This document shows positions 27,536 through 37,375 of a stretch of 64,000 bases of DNA, piece after piece (positions within the stretch are counted from its first letter, which is position 1; each line of letters begins with the position of its first letter). The stretch lies in assembly GCA_965221325.1 (NCBI GenBank), contig OZ244880.1, one strand, 5' to 3'. Source of the stretch: Candidatus Foliamicus sp. (GTDB lineage: Bacteria > Pseudomonadota > Gammaproteobacteria > Steroidobacterales > Foliamicaceae). The notes beneath the pieces are model-generated. The model saw only the letters and a list, made by a program, of their open reading frames with translations, was not told the DNA's origin and did not search any database. The translations under genes and the position numbers were made by a program.

Positions 27536-29509
27536 TTAGAGGGAGCGGCCCAGGGTGTGGCCGTCGGCGGTGGCGGCGAGCAGGGTGCGGGGCATGTCGC
27601 AGTCGCCCACGCTGGCCACTTCAACGCCTTGCGCGCGTAGCGGCGCGGCCAGTTCGTCATTGGGCGCGCGGCTGCCGGACCAGGTCAGCAAGGCCAGATC
27701 GTCGATTTCGCGGATTGCGCCGTTCAGAACGTTGCGGCAACGCACTCGCCCCTCATCCAGCGCGGATTCGGCAGCAATGTCAGAAAGCGTAACCACTTCG
27801 ACATTGGGCAGGGCGTAAAGGCGCTTGTAGATGCCCTGGCGCGTGACCAGGCCGACATCGCTGGCCAGCCGCTCCCGCGGCGTCACGATCACCAGCCGCT
27901 TGAATCGCTGCGCCAGTAGTTCGGCGGCCGCATAGGTGCCCAGGGTGTGGTCCTGATCCCACAACACCGCGGCGCCTTCGATCAGTTGTTCCGGACGTTC
28001 GAGCATTTCTCGGCTGACCTCGCGTATGTCGAACACGAAATCGCGCCATTCCGAAGGCCAATGGGCAGGCCACAACATGGTGGCGCCGCCGGCCAGTACC
28101 ACGATGTCGGGCGAATGCTGCAAGATGTCTTCGATTCCCGCCCGGAAACCCACGTGCAGTCGAGCGTCGGCCTTGCGCGCGGCCATTTCCTGGTAGTCGT
28201 AAACGCTGCTGACGTTTTCGCCGCCGGGAAGCTGTGCGTGCAGCCAAGCCTTGCCACCGGGTTGTCCGGAGGCGCCATAGACATCCACGCGGTGACCGCG
28301 GGCGGCCGCAACCCAAGCGGTTTCCAGACCGGCAGGACCGGCGCCCACCACCACCACACTCCGCTTGCGGCGCGCTGGCTTCGGCCAGTAATCGACCTCG
28401 TCGCGCTGGCCCAGGCGTGGATTGTTGTCGCAGGCGATCGGGCGGCGCTCCACGATCGTGGCCCAGCAGGTGTTGCAGGAGACGCAATAGCGGATTTCCG
28501 ACTGCCGGCCTGCCGCGGCCTTGTTCACCCAGGCCGCGTCCGTGACCAGCGGGCGGCCCATGGCGATCATTTGGGCCTTGCCGGCCGCGAGAATGCCCTC
28601 GGCTTCCGCCGGATCGGTGATTAGCCCCAGAGCCATGAGCGGAGTCCCCGGGGCGTTGGCGGCGATTTCCGCATGTCGTTCGATATACGGAGCGCGCGGG
28701 TAGCTCATGTCGGGGATATGCGTTTCCAGCGTATTGGAATGCGATCCGTCGCAATAGACCAGGTAATGGAACCCGCCGTGTTTCGCCAGCCGCGCGGTAA
28801 TGCGCGCGGATTCGGCATCATCAATGCCTCCGGGTATTCCATCGCTTCCTGGTAACTTCACACCTATTATGAAATTACTCTTACAGACACTTGTTATTAT
28901 TTCTATTAGTTCCCTTATCAGGCGGGTTCTCCCGTCCAGATCTCCCCCGTATTCGTCGTCCCTGATATTGGCTGCCGGCGACAGGAATTGGTGAAATAGA
29001 TGTCCGTGGCCTGACGATAGCTCCACGCCGCTGAATCCCGCTTCCTCAAGGCGCCGGGCGCCTATGCCGAAGTGCTCGATAGCTTGGTGTATGCGGTGGC
29101 GCGGCATTGCGCGCGGCATCGTCCAACTGAGGTCGTCGGGAAGAGCCGAGGGCGCCCAGGCCTGCTGCGAGCGCCCCGACTCGCGGTGTCCGCGTCCGGA
29201 ATCCTGAAACTGGCCGAGCAAACGGCAATCCCTGCCTTCAACGCTTTCCGCCCAGCGCGCCAATGCCGAAGCGCTGCCACGCTTTACCAGCGAGGGGCGA
29301 TGCGAGCGTTGCTGCCAGGGCAGCACATTCAGGGGTTCGGTCACGATCATTCCCACGCCGCCCTCGGCGCGGTTGGAGTGGTAGCGGACCATGCGCGGGT
29401 GGATATCCTGATTGCGCGCGTAGCGGGTGCTCATCGACGCATGCACCACGCGGTTGCGAACCACGCGGCCGGCGAGAGTAATGGGTTCCAGGAGTAGCGG
29501 GTATTCCAT
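27536..29509 (-). CDS. Old-yellow-enzyme/2,4-dienoyl-CoA reductase-like flavoprotein (FMN barrel + 4Fe-4S + FAD/NAD domains)
   Basis: RNRVVHASM, GFSGVELSSGHGHLFHQFLSP..NIRDDEYGG, GRPLVTD, CVSCNTC-x11-C, VVGAGPAGLE, VGDC. Confidence 0.88.
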   Translation of the reverse strand: MEYPLLLEPITLAGRVVRNRVVHASMSTRYARNQDIHPRMVRYHSNRAEGGVGMIVTEPLNVLPWQQRSHRPSLVKRGSASALARWAESVEGRDCRLLGQFQDSGRGHRESGRSQQAWAPSALPDDLSWTMPRAMPRHRIHQAIEHFGIGARRLEEAGFSGVELSSGHGHLFHQFLSPAANIRDDEYGGDLDGRTRLIRELIEIITSVCKSNFIIGVKLPGSDGIPGGIDDAESARITARLAKHGGFHYLVYCDGSHSNTLETHIPDMSYPRAPYIERHAEIAANAPGTPLMALGLITDPAEAEGILAAGKAQMIAMGRPLVTDAAWVNKAAAGRQSEIRYCVSCNTCWATIVERRPIACDNNPRLGQRDEVDYWPKPARRKRSVVVVGAGPAGLETAWVAAARGHRVDVYGASGQPGGKAWLHAQLPGGENVSSVYDYQEMAARKADARLHVGFRAGIEDILQHSPDIVVLAGGATMLWPAHWPSEWRDFVFDIREVSREMLERPEQLIEGAAVLWDQDHTLGTYAAAELLAQRFKRLVIVTPRERLASDVGLVTRQGIYKRLYALPNVEVVTLSDIAAESALDEGRVRCRNVLNGAIREIDDLALLTWSGSRAPNDELAAPLRAQGVEVASVGDCDMPRTLLAATADGHTLGRSL

Positions 29510-29552
29510 TGGTCTTGTGCGCATCAGCATGCGCGCGAGCGTAGCTTAACCT

Positions 29553-32342
29553 TTGAGATGGAGAAAAAAGCGGCAGTTGGCATCCTCGCCAGTCAGTCCT
29601 GGCTTGCGGTTTGCCGTTTGGTGCAATATTCCGGGCTGCATTGCTCGCATTGACGACTTGAATACACGGTCCTACTCACAGAGTCTCGAACAGGAGTTGT
29701 TTCCGGCGCTGCGCACCGGCGCTTTGGCCGTTACCGCAACTTCCAGACTGGCCAGGCGCATGCGCTTCCGCTACGGCCGCTGGCGGCGCGCATCCGGGGC
29801 CAGCGTCTGGCGACGCCCGGCCGTGCTGTCCTGGCACGAATGGATGCGCCAGCTCTGGGAGGAGTCGCTGCTGGGCGGTGGGCAGGCGGGCGAATTAACC
29901 CTGCTTTCTTCGCACGGCTCGCTGATGCTCTGGGAACAGGCGCTTGATCAGGACGCAGTGGCCGGTTTCGACCGGGAACAGAACGCCGAATTGGCGCGCG
30001 GGAGCTGGAATCTTGCGCTGGAATACGGATTGAGTCTGGAACGCTTGCGGAGCGAAGCCGAGGGCGAGGATGAGCACCGGTTCGCGCGGTGGGTGGCCCG
30101 CTTCGAAGAATTGCGCAAGTCCGGAAACTGGCTGGAGCCTGCCGCACTGCCCACGCTGCTTACGACTGACCTGTTGAGCGGCGCGATTGCGCCGCGAGGG
30201 CCTGTATTCCTGCTTGGATTCGATACACCTCTGCCGCCGCCGCCAGAACAACTGCTGGATTGCGTTCGCTCGGCGGGTGTTGCCGTTCAACATGGCCCGC
30301 GCGCAGGGCAGGCAGGCAGTATCGGGCGGGCCGCATACGAAACCGCCGATGCGGAATTGCAGGCCGCGGCAAGCTGGACCGCGCAAGGCGATGCCGCGCT
30401 GGTCCTGATCGATTTTTCAGAACGCGCGGCCCAGGCGCGCCGGACGCTGCTCGATTGCATGCAGCCGGCCTGGCAAATGCGGGGGTTTCCGCAAGATGCG
30501 CCGCTGAATTCCGCTGCCGCGCCATCGTTAGATCATGCAGGACCCGTGGAAATGGCGCTCGACGCCCTTTGCCTGTTGCCCGCCGTGATCGAATTCGAGA
30601 CGCTGAGCCGGATATTGCGCGGTGCATACCTGGCAGGCTCGGACAACGAGGCTGGCGCCCGCGCCCAGCTTGAGCGCCGCCTGCGGGAAACGCTGGTAGG
30701 CAGTGAAATGGCGCGTACGCAGTTTATGGCCAGCGCAATCACGGCCACGCCGCTCCTGGCCGAAGCGCTGCGGCGTGCCCTCAAGACAGCGCGGGAGACT
30801 CGAGGGAAGGGCAGGATGCACTCGCACCGCAACTGGGCCGCGTCATTCATGACCTTTCTTCGCAGGCTGGGCTGGCCGGGCCAGCGAACCCTCGTGAGCA
30901 GCGAACAGCAGGCGGTGGAGGCCTTCACGCGGCTGTTGTCCGAGTTCGGCGCCTGCGATGCGGTTACCTCAGCGCCGATCGCGCTGTCGGCCGCGCTGTC
31001 CCGTTTGCGCGCGATGGGGCGCGAGCGCAAGTTCCAGCCGCAAGGCCCCGACGAAGCCGTAGAGCTGCTGTCGGTGGACGAAGCCGCGGGAATGCACTTC
31101 GAGCGCTTGTGGGTGGCGGGAGCGCGCGCGAACTTGTGGCCATGCGCGGCAGCGCCCCAGGCCTTGATTCCGCTGCGCCTGCAAAGACGCCTGAATATGC
31201 CCAAAGCGAGCGCGCAGGCAGCGCTGGAGCAGGCCCGCCGCCAAACCGAAGCGCTCGTTCACGCGGCCGAGGAAGTGATTTTCAGTTGGTCGAGAGTGGG
31301 GGAGCGGGGTGAGGAAAATAGCTGTAGCCCGCTTGTTGCGCCGTTCCCCCTGAACGAACGCGCCAATGAAGCCGATACAGCCGCACCAACGTATGCCGAG
31401 GCGCTGCGCGTCAGCACGGCCCTGAAAGCTCTTGAGCACGATCCCGCACCGCCCCTGGCGCCCGACGAGGAAATCAGCGGTGGCACGCGGCTCATGGACC
31501 AACAGCTTGCAAATCCGTTTCGCGCGTTTGCCGAGCATCGGCTGCATGCCGAGGAATATCCAATGCCCCAGGACGGAATCAGTCCGCTGGTGCGCGGCGA
31601 TATCGCACACAGACTGATGCGCCGGCTGTTCACGGAGTGCGGCGATGCGGAGACGCTGTGCGCCGCACTGCCCGATCTCGCAGCGCAACTGGCGGAATGG
31701 GCGGCTGAAATTCCCAAGCATGAACCGCGCGGTCTGCGGCCCCTGGTGCTGGGTTTGTTGCGCCTGGAACGTGAACGAGCCGTGCAACTAGCGCTCGATT
31801 GGGCGCAGATCGACCTGCAGCGGGGCGATTTCAGGGTCGCGAGACTGGAAGAATCGGAAGAGCTGAACTTGGGTCCTCTTACCTTGCGGATGCGGCTCGA
31901 CCGGGTGGACGCAGCAACAGCCGAAGCCGGGCCCATGGTGCTCGACTACAAGACCGGGAAGACACCGCCGTTCACGAAGCTTGACCCTCAGCGCCTGCTT
32001 TCCAGTCAGTTGCCGGCCTACGCACTTGTCACACCCGGTGTGGCTGCGGTCGGCTACGCGCTGCTGAGCCCAAAAGAGACAAGCCTGGTCGGCGTATCCA
32101 ATCCGCGCGCTTCGATTCCGGGGGAAGAGCAGATGCCAAAGCTCAGACCCCTGGACAAGCAGTGCAAACTGAAGCATTGCGGAAGCTGGAACGAATTGTT
32201 GAACGGCTGGCGCAACGCATTGCGGGAGGCGGCGCGCGCATTGTGCGGGGGGGACGCGCGCATAGAGGTATTTCGAAACGATGATGCCGCGCGCGGGCAA
32301 TACCAGGTATTGAGCCGCATCCACGAACTGGAGCGCGCGTGA
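29553..32342 (+). CDS. AddB-like DNA repair protein with C-terminal PD-(D/E)XK nuclease (start uncertain; TTG 29658 possible)
   Basis: VTATSRLAR, FQPQ, EAAGMHFERLWVAG, PFRAFA..RL, RGDIAH, RLDRVD..VLDYKTG; overlaps the downstream helicase-nuclease. Confidence 0.8.
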   Translation: MRWRKKRQLASSPVSPGLRFAVWCNIPGCIARIDDLNTRSYSQSLEQELFPALRTGALAVTATSRLARRMRFRYGRWRRASGASVWRRPAVLSWHEWMRQLWEESLLGGGQAGELTLLSSHGSLMLWEQALDQDAVAGFDREQNAELARGSWNLALEYGLSLERLRSEAEGEDEHRFARWVARFEELRKSGNWLEPAALPTLLTTDLLSGAIAPRGPVFLLGFDTPLPPPPEQLLDCVRSAGVAVQHGPRAGQAGSIGRAAYETADAELQAAASWTAQGDAALVLIDFSERAAQARRTLLDCMQPAWQMRGFPQDAPLNSAAAPSLDHAGPVEMALDALCLLPAVIEFETLSRILRGAYLAGSDNEAGARAQLERRLRETLVGSEMARTQFMASAITATPLLAEALRRALKTARETRGKGRMHSHRNWAASFMTFLRRLGWPGQRTLVSSEQQAVEAFTRLLSEFGACDAVTSAPIALSAALSRLRAMGRERKFQPQGPDEAVELLSVDEAAGMHFERLWVAGARANLWPCAAAPQALIPLRLQRRLNMPKASAQAALEQARRQTEALVHAAEEVIFSWSRVGERGEENSCSPLVAPFPLNERANEADTAAPTYAEALRVSTALKALEHDPAPPLAPDEEISGGTRLMDQQLANPFRAFAEHRLHAEEYPMPQDGISPLVRGDIAHRLMRRLFTECGDAETLCAALPDLAAQLAEWAAEIPKHEPRGLRPLVLGLLRLERERAVQLALDWAQIDLQRGDFRVARLEESEELNLGPLTLRMRLDRVDAATAEAGPMVLDYKTGKTPPFTKLDPQRLLSSQLPAYALVTPGVAAVGYALLSPKETSLVGVSNPRASIPGEEQMPKLRPLDKQCKLKHCGSWNELLNGWRNALREAARALCGGDARIEVFRNDDAARGQYQVLSRIHELERA

Positions 32343-35300
32343 CGGCGCCGGCGGACCAGGCGATTCGCGATCAGGCGCTGAATCCGCGGCGCTCATTCAT
32401 CGTGCAGGCGCCCGCCGGGTCGGGCAAAACCGAGATACTCGTGCAGCGCTATCTGCGCCTCCTGGGCCAGGAAAACGAACCCGACGCCGTGCTGGCCATT
32501 ACGTTTACCCGCAAGGCGGCCGCTGAAATGCGCGAACGGGTTGTCCGCAGCTTGCGCGAGGCCGAATCCGGCAATGCCGACAGCGCAGCGCCGCACCGCG
32601 AGCTTAGCCTCAAGCTGGCGCGCAGGGTGCTGGAGCGGTCGCGCGAGCGCGGCTGGGACCTGCCGGACAATCCGGCGCGCTTGCGCATCGTTACCATCGA
32701 CTCGCTGGGGAACTGGGTGGCGGTGGGGGCGCCGTTATCCAGCGGCGGCGGGGCGCTAGGAACGCTGAGCGCCGACGCAAAGCCGCTATACGTAATGGCA
32801 GCGCGGCGGTTGCTCCAAGACGGCATCCGCAACGGAGACGAGGATGTGCAAGCCGTGCTTCGCCACCTGGATGGCAAGGGGAGGGAGTTCACCAAGGCGA
32901 TAGCGGAGATGCTGGGAAAAAGGGAGCAATGGCTGCCGCTTCTGCCCGCCGGCGGGCAGGCCGAATCCCTGGATAAGGCGCTGCGGCGCCTGGTGGCGCG
33001 CGAAACGGGGCGAATGCTGGAATGCCTTGGGACCTGCCGCGGCGAGTTCATAGAGCTGTTTGCCGAGCGCTGGGCGGCGACTGGCGAAGCGACAGATCCC
33101 GCCGACCCCGATGCGCTGCCCGGATGGAAGCGGGCTGCCGCTGCGCTTCTGCTGAAGAATAAAGATGGGTGGCGAAAGCGTTTCCAGGACGGGCCGAGCG
33201 CACAACTCGATCAGGCGCTACGCGATTCCAGCGAATTTCGCGGGCGGCTGTGCCGCATCCGGACCTTGGAGAGGCCAGTCTGCGAAGCGCAGGACGTTGC
33301 CCTGGTCGATTGCATGCTGCGCGTGCTGCGAAGCGCGTTCGCGCAATTGAAAGTGCTGTTTGCAGAGCGTCGGGAAACCGACTACTCGGAAGTCAGCCAG
33401 GCGGCGCTCAAGGCTCTGGGGCAGGGTGGCCGGCCCTCGCTGTTGGCCGAGCGGCTGGACGCGCGGCTGCGTCACATCCTGGTGGACGAATTCCAGGACA
33501 CTTCGCGCACCCAACTCAACCTGCTGGAGCGGATGATCCAGGAATGGCAGCCTGACGACGGCCGCACGGTATTCCTGGTGGGCGATCCGATGCAGTCGGT
33601 ATACGGATTCCGGGAAGCCGATGTGCGCGGCTACCTGCGGGTATGCGAGCAGGGCCTGGGCGCGTTGCGCCCCGAGCTGCTGCGGCTTAGCGTGAATTTC
33701 CGCTCCACGGCCCAGTTGGTGGACTGGTTCAATGCGATTTTTCCGAAGGTATTTCCGGCCGCGGACGACGCCGCGATGGGCGAGGTGTCCTATACGCCCT
33801 GCCGGCCTGCGACCACTCAGGAGCCGGACAGCGGAAGCGCCAGCCTGCACTACTTCCGCAAGAGCGATCGCGAATCAGAAGCGGCGATTGTCAAGAAGAT
33901 CGTCGAAAAGACACTGAAGCGCCATCCGGACGAAACCATCGGCATCCTGGTGCGCAGTCGTACGCATGGCGAAGACGTGAGCCATGCGCTGAGCAAGCAG
34001 ACCGGCCTTGCCGTCAGCCGAACCGAATTCGACCTGCGGAAACGCTTCAGCGTGGTGCAGGACCTGGCTGCACTGGCGCGCGCGTTGGCGCAGCTTTCCG
34101 ACCGAATTGCTTGGCTGGCGATATTACGGGCGCCATGGTGCGGCCTGTCGCTTCAGGATCTGCACTTGCTCTGCCATGACGCCCCCGGAGATGCGATCTG
34201 GGACCTACTGCGCGACCCGAAGCGGGTTGGGCGCCTCAGTGACGATGGACGCCTGCGCCTGGGGCGGATTATTCCGGCACTGGAGCGGGCGATGCGGCTC
34301 AAGGGGCAGCTCGATTTTCGCAGTTGGGTGGAAGGAGCCTGGTTGGCGCTGGGCGGCCCCGCGGGCAATCCTGATCCGCAGTCGCTGCGTCATGCGGGGG
34401 AATTTCTCGACAGCCTGGAGAAAGTCAGCCAGGGGAGCCTCATCGATAACGCCGTGCATCGGACGCTCGCCTTGGCAGAGGAATACGTGAATAACCCTGA
34501 AACGGGAGCGCGCGTTCAGATACTGACCATGCACAAGGCCAAGGGGCTGGAGTTCGACACTGTGATCCTGCCGGGACTCGGCCGCCATACAGTGGGCGGA
34601 TCGGGCTCACTGCTGCGCTGGTGGCACCTGCCGCCCGGTGAAGACAGAGAGCAGGGCCTCTCGGCGCTGCTCGCCGTGCCGCCAGCAAAAACAAGCAACA
34701 ACACGGTTCCGGTCTATAACTATCTGAAAGGATTGGAAGAAGCCAGAGAAGCCGGCGAGCGCAAGCGGCTCCTCTACGTAGCGGCCACGCGCGCGCGCCG
34801 CCGCCTGCATCTGCTGGTTGGCCTTGAGCGAAAAGAGGACTCCGAAGGCCCCGGAAAGTTCGAACCCCGGAAGGGAACCATGGCCGCCGATCTCAAAGAG
34901 GCCCTGACGGACTTGTTCCGCGACAAATCTCCCGGCGACTTGCCGCCACGGGCCGCAAGCGGACAAGAAAGAGGATTGGTGAATCCGCGAATTCGGCGTG
35001 TGCCGGCTGAATGGATGCCGTCCGAACCGCCCGCGCCCATGATCGCGCCTGCCTCGGACGAAACCCGCTCGCCGTCTTATGTTTGGGCCGGCGAAAGAGC
35101 GCGTGTGCTGGGCCTTGCCGTGCATCGCTGGCTGCAGGAGATCGCCACCGAAGGGCCGCAGGCCTACTCGCAGGAGCGGCTGGCGTCATTGCGTCCGCGC
35201 ACTTGCCGGATACTGCGGTTCCACGGCATTCCCGGCGAAGAACTGGACGCGCTGGCCATTGATGTCGAAACCGCGCTAAGCAATACCCTGCAGGACGAAA

Positions 35301-35611
35301 GAGGCCGCTGGACGCTGGAGGCCCACGAGGAAGCCGCCAGCGAGCTGCCGCTTTCGCTGCGCGAAGACGGTCGTACCATCAGTTTGATCCTCGACCGCAG
35401 CTTCCTATTCGACGGCGAGCGCTGGATTGTGGACTACAAGACTTCCCGCCACGAAGGAGGAAATCTGCAAGCCTTCCTGGACGAGGAAGAACGGCGCCAT
35501 GCACCGCAACTCGAACGCTACCGTCGCGCGATGCGCGCGCGCGAGACGCGCCCCATCCGCACCGCCCTCTACTTCCCCTGGCACCGCGCCTTCCGCGAAA
35601 TCAAACCATGA
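32339..35611 (+). CDS. AddA-like UvrD helicase-nuclease
   Basis: QAPAGSGKT, AITFTRKAAAEM, LVDEFQDTS, VGDPMQSVYGFR, NFRS, HKAKGLEFD, LYVAATRA, LDRSF..IVDYKT. Confidence 0.9.
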   Translation: MTAPADQAIRDQALNPRRSFIVQAPAGSGKTEILVQRYLRLLGQENEPDAVLAITFTRKAAAEMRERVVRSLREAESGNADSAAPHRELSLKLARRVLERSRERGWDLPDNPARLRIVTIDSLGNWVAVGAPLSSGGGALGTLSADAKPLYVMAARRLLQDGIRNGDEDVQAVLRHLDGKGREFTKAIAEMLGKREQWLPLLPAGGQAESLDKALRRLVARETGRMLECLGTCRGEFIELFAERWAATGEATDPADPDALPGWKRAAAALLLKNKDGWRKRFQDGPSAQLDQALRDSSEFRGRLCRIRTLERPVCEAQDVALVDCMLRVLRSAFAQLKVLFAERRETDYSEVSQAALKALGQGGRPSLLAERLDARLRHILVDEFQDTSRTQLNLLERMIQEWQPDDGRTVFLVGDPMQSVYGFREADVRGYLRVCEQGLGALRPELLRLSVNFRSTAQLVDWFNAIFPKVFPAADDAAMGEVSYTPCRPATTQEPDSGSASLHYFRKSDRESEAAIVKKIVEKTLKRHPDETIGILVRSRTHGEDVSHALSKQTGLAVSRTEFDLRKRFSVVQDLAALARALAQLSDRIAWLAILRAPWCGLSLQDLHLLCHDAPGDAIWDLLRDPKRVGRLSDDGRLRLGRIIPALERAMRLKGQLDFRSWVEGAWLALGGPAGNPDPQSLRHAGEFLDSLEKVSQGSLIDNAVHRTLALAEEYVNNPETGARVQILTMHKAKGLEFDTVILPGLGRHTVGGSGSLLRWWHLPPGEDREQGLSALLAVPPAKTSNNTVPVYNYLKGLEEAREAGERKRLLYVAATRARRRLHLLVGLERKEDSEGPGKFEPRKGTMAADLKEALTDLFRDKSPGDLPPRAASGQERGLVNPRIRRVPAEWMPSEPPAPMIAPASDETRSPSYVWAGERARVLGLAVHRWLQEIATEGPQAYSQERLASLRPRTCRILRFHGIPGEELDALAIDVETALSNTLQDERGRWTLEAHEEAASELPLSLREDGRTISLILDRSFLFDGERWIVDYKTSRHEGGNLQAFLDEEERRHAPQLERYRRAMRARETRPIRTALYFPWHRAFREIKP

Positions 35612-35673
35612 TCCGCCGCGCCGCGTCAGAGCGAGTTAGCGCCACGCGCCGCCGCTTGGCGACCTGCACCCGC

Positions 35674-36168
35674 TTAGTTTGGGCGTTCCAGGACCAGGTT
35701 TACTTGAGTCAGGCCGGGTGTGCCGGTCGGCGCGATTACCGCGTTTATGGTGTGTGCGCCCTCGCGGGTCGCCATTTCGGTTAGCCAGGCGCTTACCTGA
35801 GGAAAAGGGGCATCCTTGAGCCGCAGCCGCACCCGGCGCTCGCCGTCGGCGTTGCTCTCCTCCAGATATTCGCTCAATCCCGCCGCCTGCAAGGCTCGGT
35901 TCGCCGCCAGCAGCAGGGAGGTATCCGATCGCGTTCGCGTCGCCGGCAGTGTCACTACGCGCGCGCGCAGAGCATCAACTCTTTGCAGCAAAACTTGTTC
36001 CGCGGCCAGCATGTCCTCGAAGTTTTCAGCGCGACGCGCCAGCGGGTCCACGAGCAAAAAGAACCAAAGCGCGCCGGCAAGCGCGGCGGCCAAGACACCG
36101 AGCAACACGCGCTCGCGCGGTGCTCGCGCTGCCCAGTGGGAGCGCAGGAATTCAGCGGGCGCGGTCAT
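35674..36168 (-). CDS. gspM: Type II secretion system protein M
   Basis: W..RAPRERVLL plus a TM segment; F..V.AWL; position after gspL. Confidence 0.8.
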   Translation of the reverse strand: MTAPAEFLRSHWAARAPRERVLLGVLAAALAGALWFFLLVDPLARRAENFEDMLAAEQVLLQRVDALRARVVTLPATRTRSDTSLLLAANRALQAAGLSEYLEESNADGERRVRLRLKDAPFPQVSAWLTEMATREGAHTINAVIAPTGTPGLTQVNLVLERPN

Positions 36169-37375
36169 CGCGAATCTCTAATTCCGCCACGAGTACGCCG
36201 TTTGGTTCCGGCGCCGCGGTTTGGATGAGTGCCGAATATCCTGCAGCGCCCATGCCACGGCGCATGTTTTCGAGCGTGTTCATGTCTGCGGCACGGACCT
36301 GCGCGCTGGCTGAACCGCGGCCGAAATCCAGCCCCAGCACCTGCATGCGTTCGCCCACGCTGCGCTCCAGCACGCTGATCAAGCGCAGGAAGTCATCGCC
36401 GCGGGCGGCAGCGTTCAAATCCGACGTTGCACTGCGCTGGCGGAACTCCGTGCGCAGGTTAGCGCTATCGGAAACGTCCGGCATCATCTGAGCAAGGCGC
36501 ACATCGACCGACTCGGCAAGCGCCTGGTAGCGGGATTCGGCGCGCCACCCGTCCAGCCCCAGGAGAACAGGGTAGAGCAGGGCAATGGCTAGCGCGCTCA
36601 GGACGCTATACCGCATCCACTGGCGGTCTCCACCGCGACGGCGAAATTCCCCCTGCAACAAGTCCACGACATCGCCCGACAAGGCTTCCGCCGCCAACTG
36701 CGTCATTACGCCTTGCGGCAGCAGCCGAAGCTCGGCCTCGCGCCCGGTCAACTTGGCCATGGCCTTACGAACCGTAGGCTCGAGGGCCGGCTCGCAGTAG
36801 ATCAGCAACCGAAACGGAACAGCGTCCTCGCCGGCATGTTCGGCACACAGAATATCGACCAATCCCGAAAGCTCCGAAGGTTCCGCTGCAACCAACTCTC
36901 CCGCGCCGTTGCGCAACAGCAACTTCTTCTGTTCCAGGAGCGCAACTGCGCCGTTGGGCACACCGGGCAGCGCGTCACCCTCGCTGCAGACCAAATCGGG
37001 ATTCAGACCCGCCTCGCGGCTCCGGCGCAACCACTCGGCGAACGTCTTGCGTTCAATTGCCGCCACTTCGAGTTGTTCGCCGGAAATCGGCCCGGTTGCG
37101 AAGTGCAGGTCGTCGATGTCGCCGGCGATGCGATTCTCCAGCGCATAGAGCGCGCCTCGAGCGGCGGCCTTTTTGCCGCGTTCGGGCAGTTCCATACGAT
37201 CGCGAAATACCTCGCCGGCCGGCAGCAACAGCACTACCTTGCGTCGTTCGGCCAGGGCGGCGGCCTGCTCCAGTTCTCCAGCCCCGCTGTGCGGCAGCGG
37301 CGCGCCGTGTGCATCGACGACCTGCCACGAGGCCAACCCGTTTGCACCGGCAAGACGCACGACCAGGTGTTCCAT
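36152..37375 (-). CDS. gspL: Type II secretion system protein L
   Basis: MEHLVVRL, YALENRIAGDIDDLHFA, DLLQGEF plus a TM segment. Confidence 0.85.
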   Translation of the reverse strand: MEHLVVRLAGANGLASWQVVDAHGAPLPHSGAGELEQAAALAERRKVVLLLPAGEVFRDRMELPERGKKAAARGALYALENRIAGDIDDLHFATGPISGEQLEVAAIERKTFAEWLRRSREAGLNPDLVCSEGDALPGVPNGAVALLEQKKLLLRNGAGELVAAEPSELSGLVDILCAEHAGEDAVPFRLLIYCEPALEPTVRKAMAKLTGREAELRLLPQGVMTQLAAEALSGDVVDLLQGEFRRRGGDRQWMRYSVLSALAIALLYPVLLGLDGWRAESRYQALAESVDVRLAQMMPDVSDSANLRTEFRQRSATSDLNAAARGDDFLRLISVLERSVGERMQVLGLDFGRGSASAQVRAADMNTLENMRRGMGAAGYSALIQTAAPEPNGVLVAELEIRDDRAR

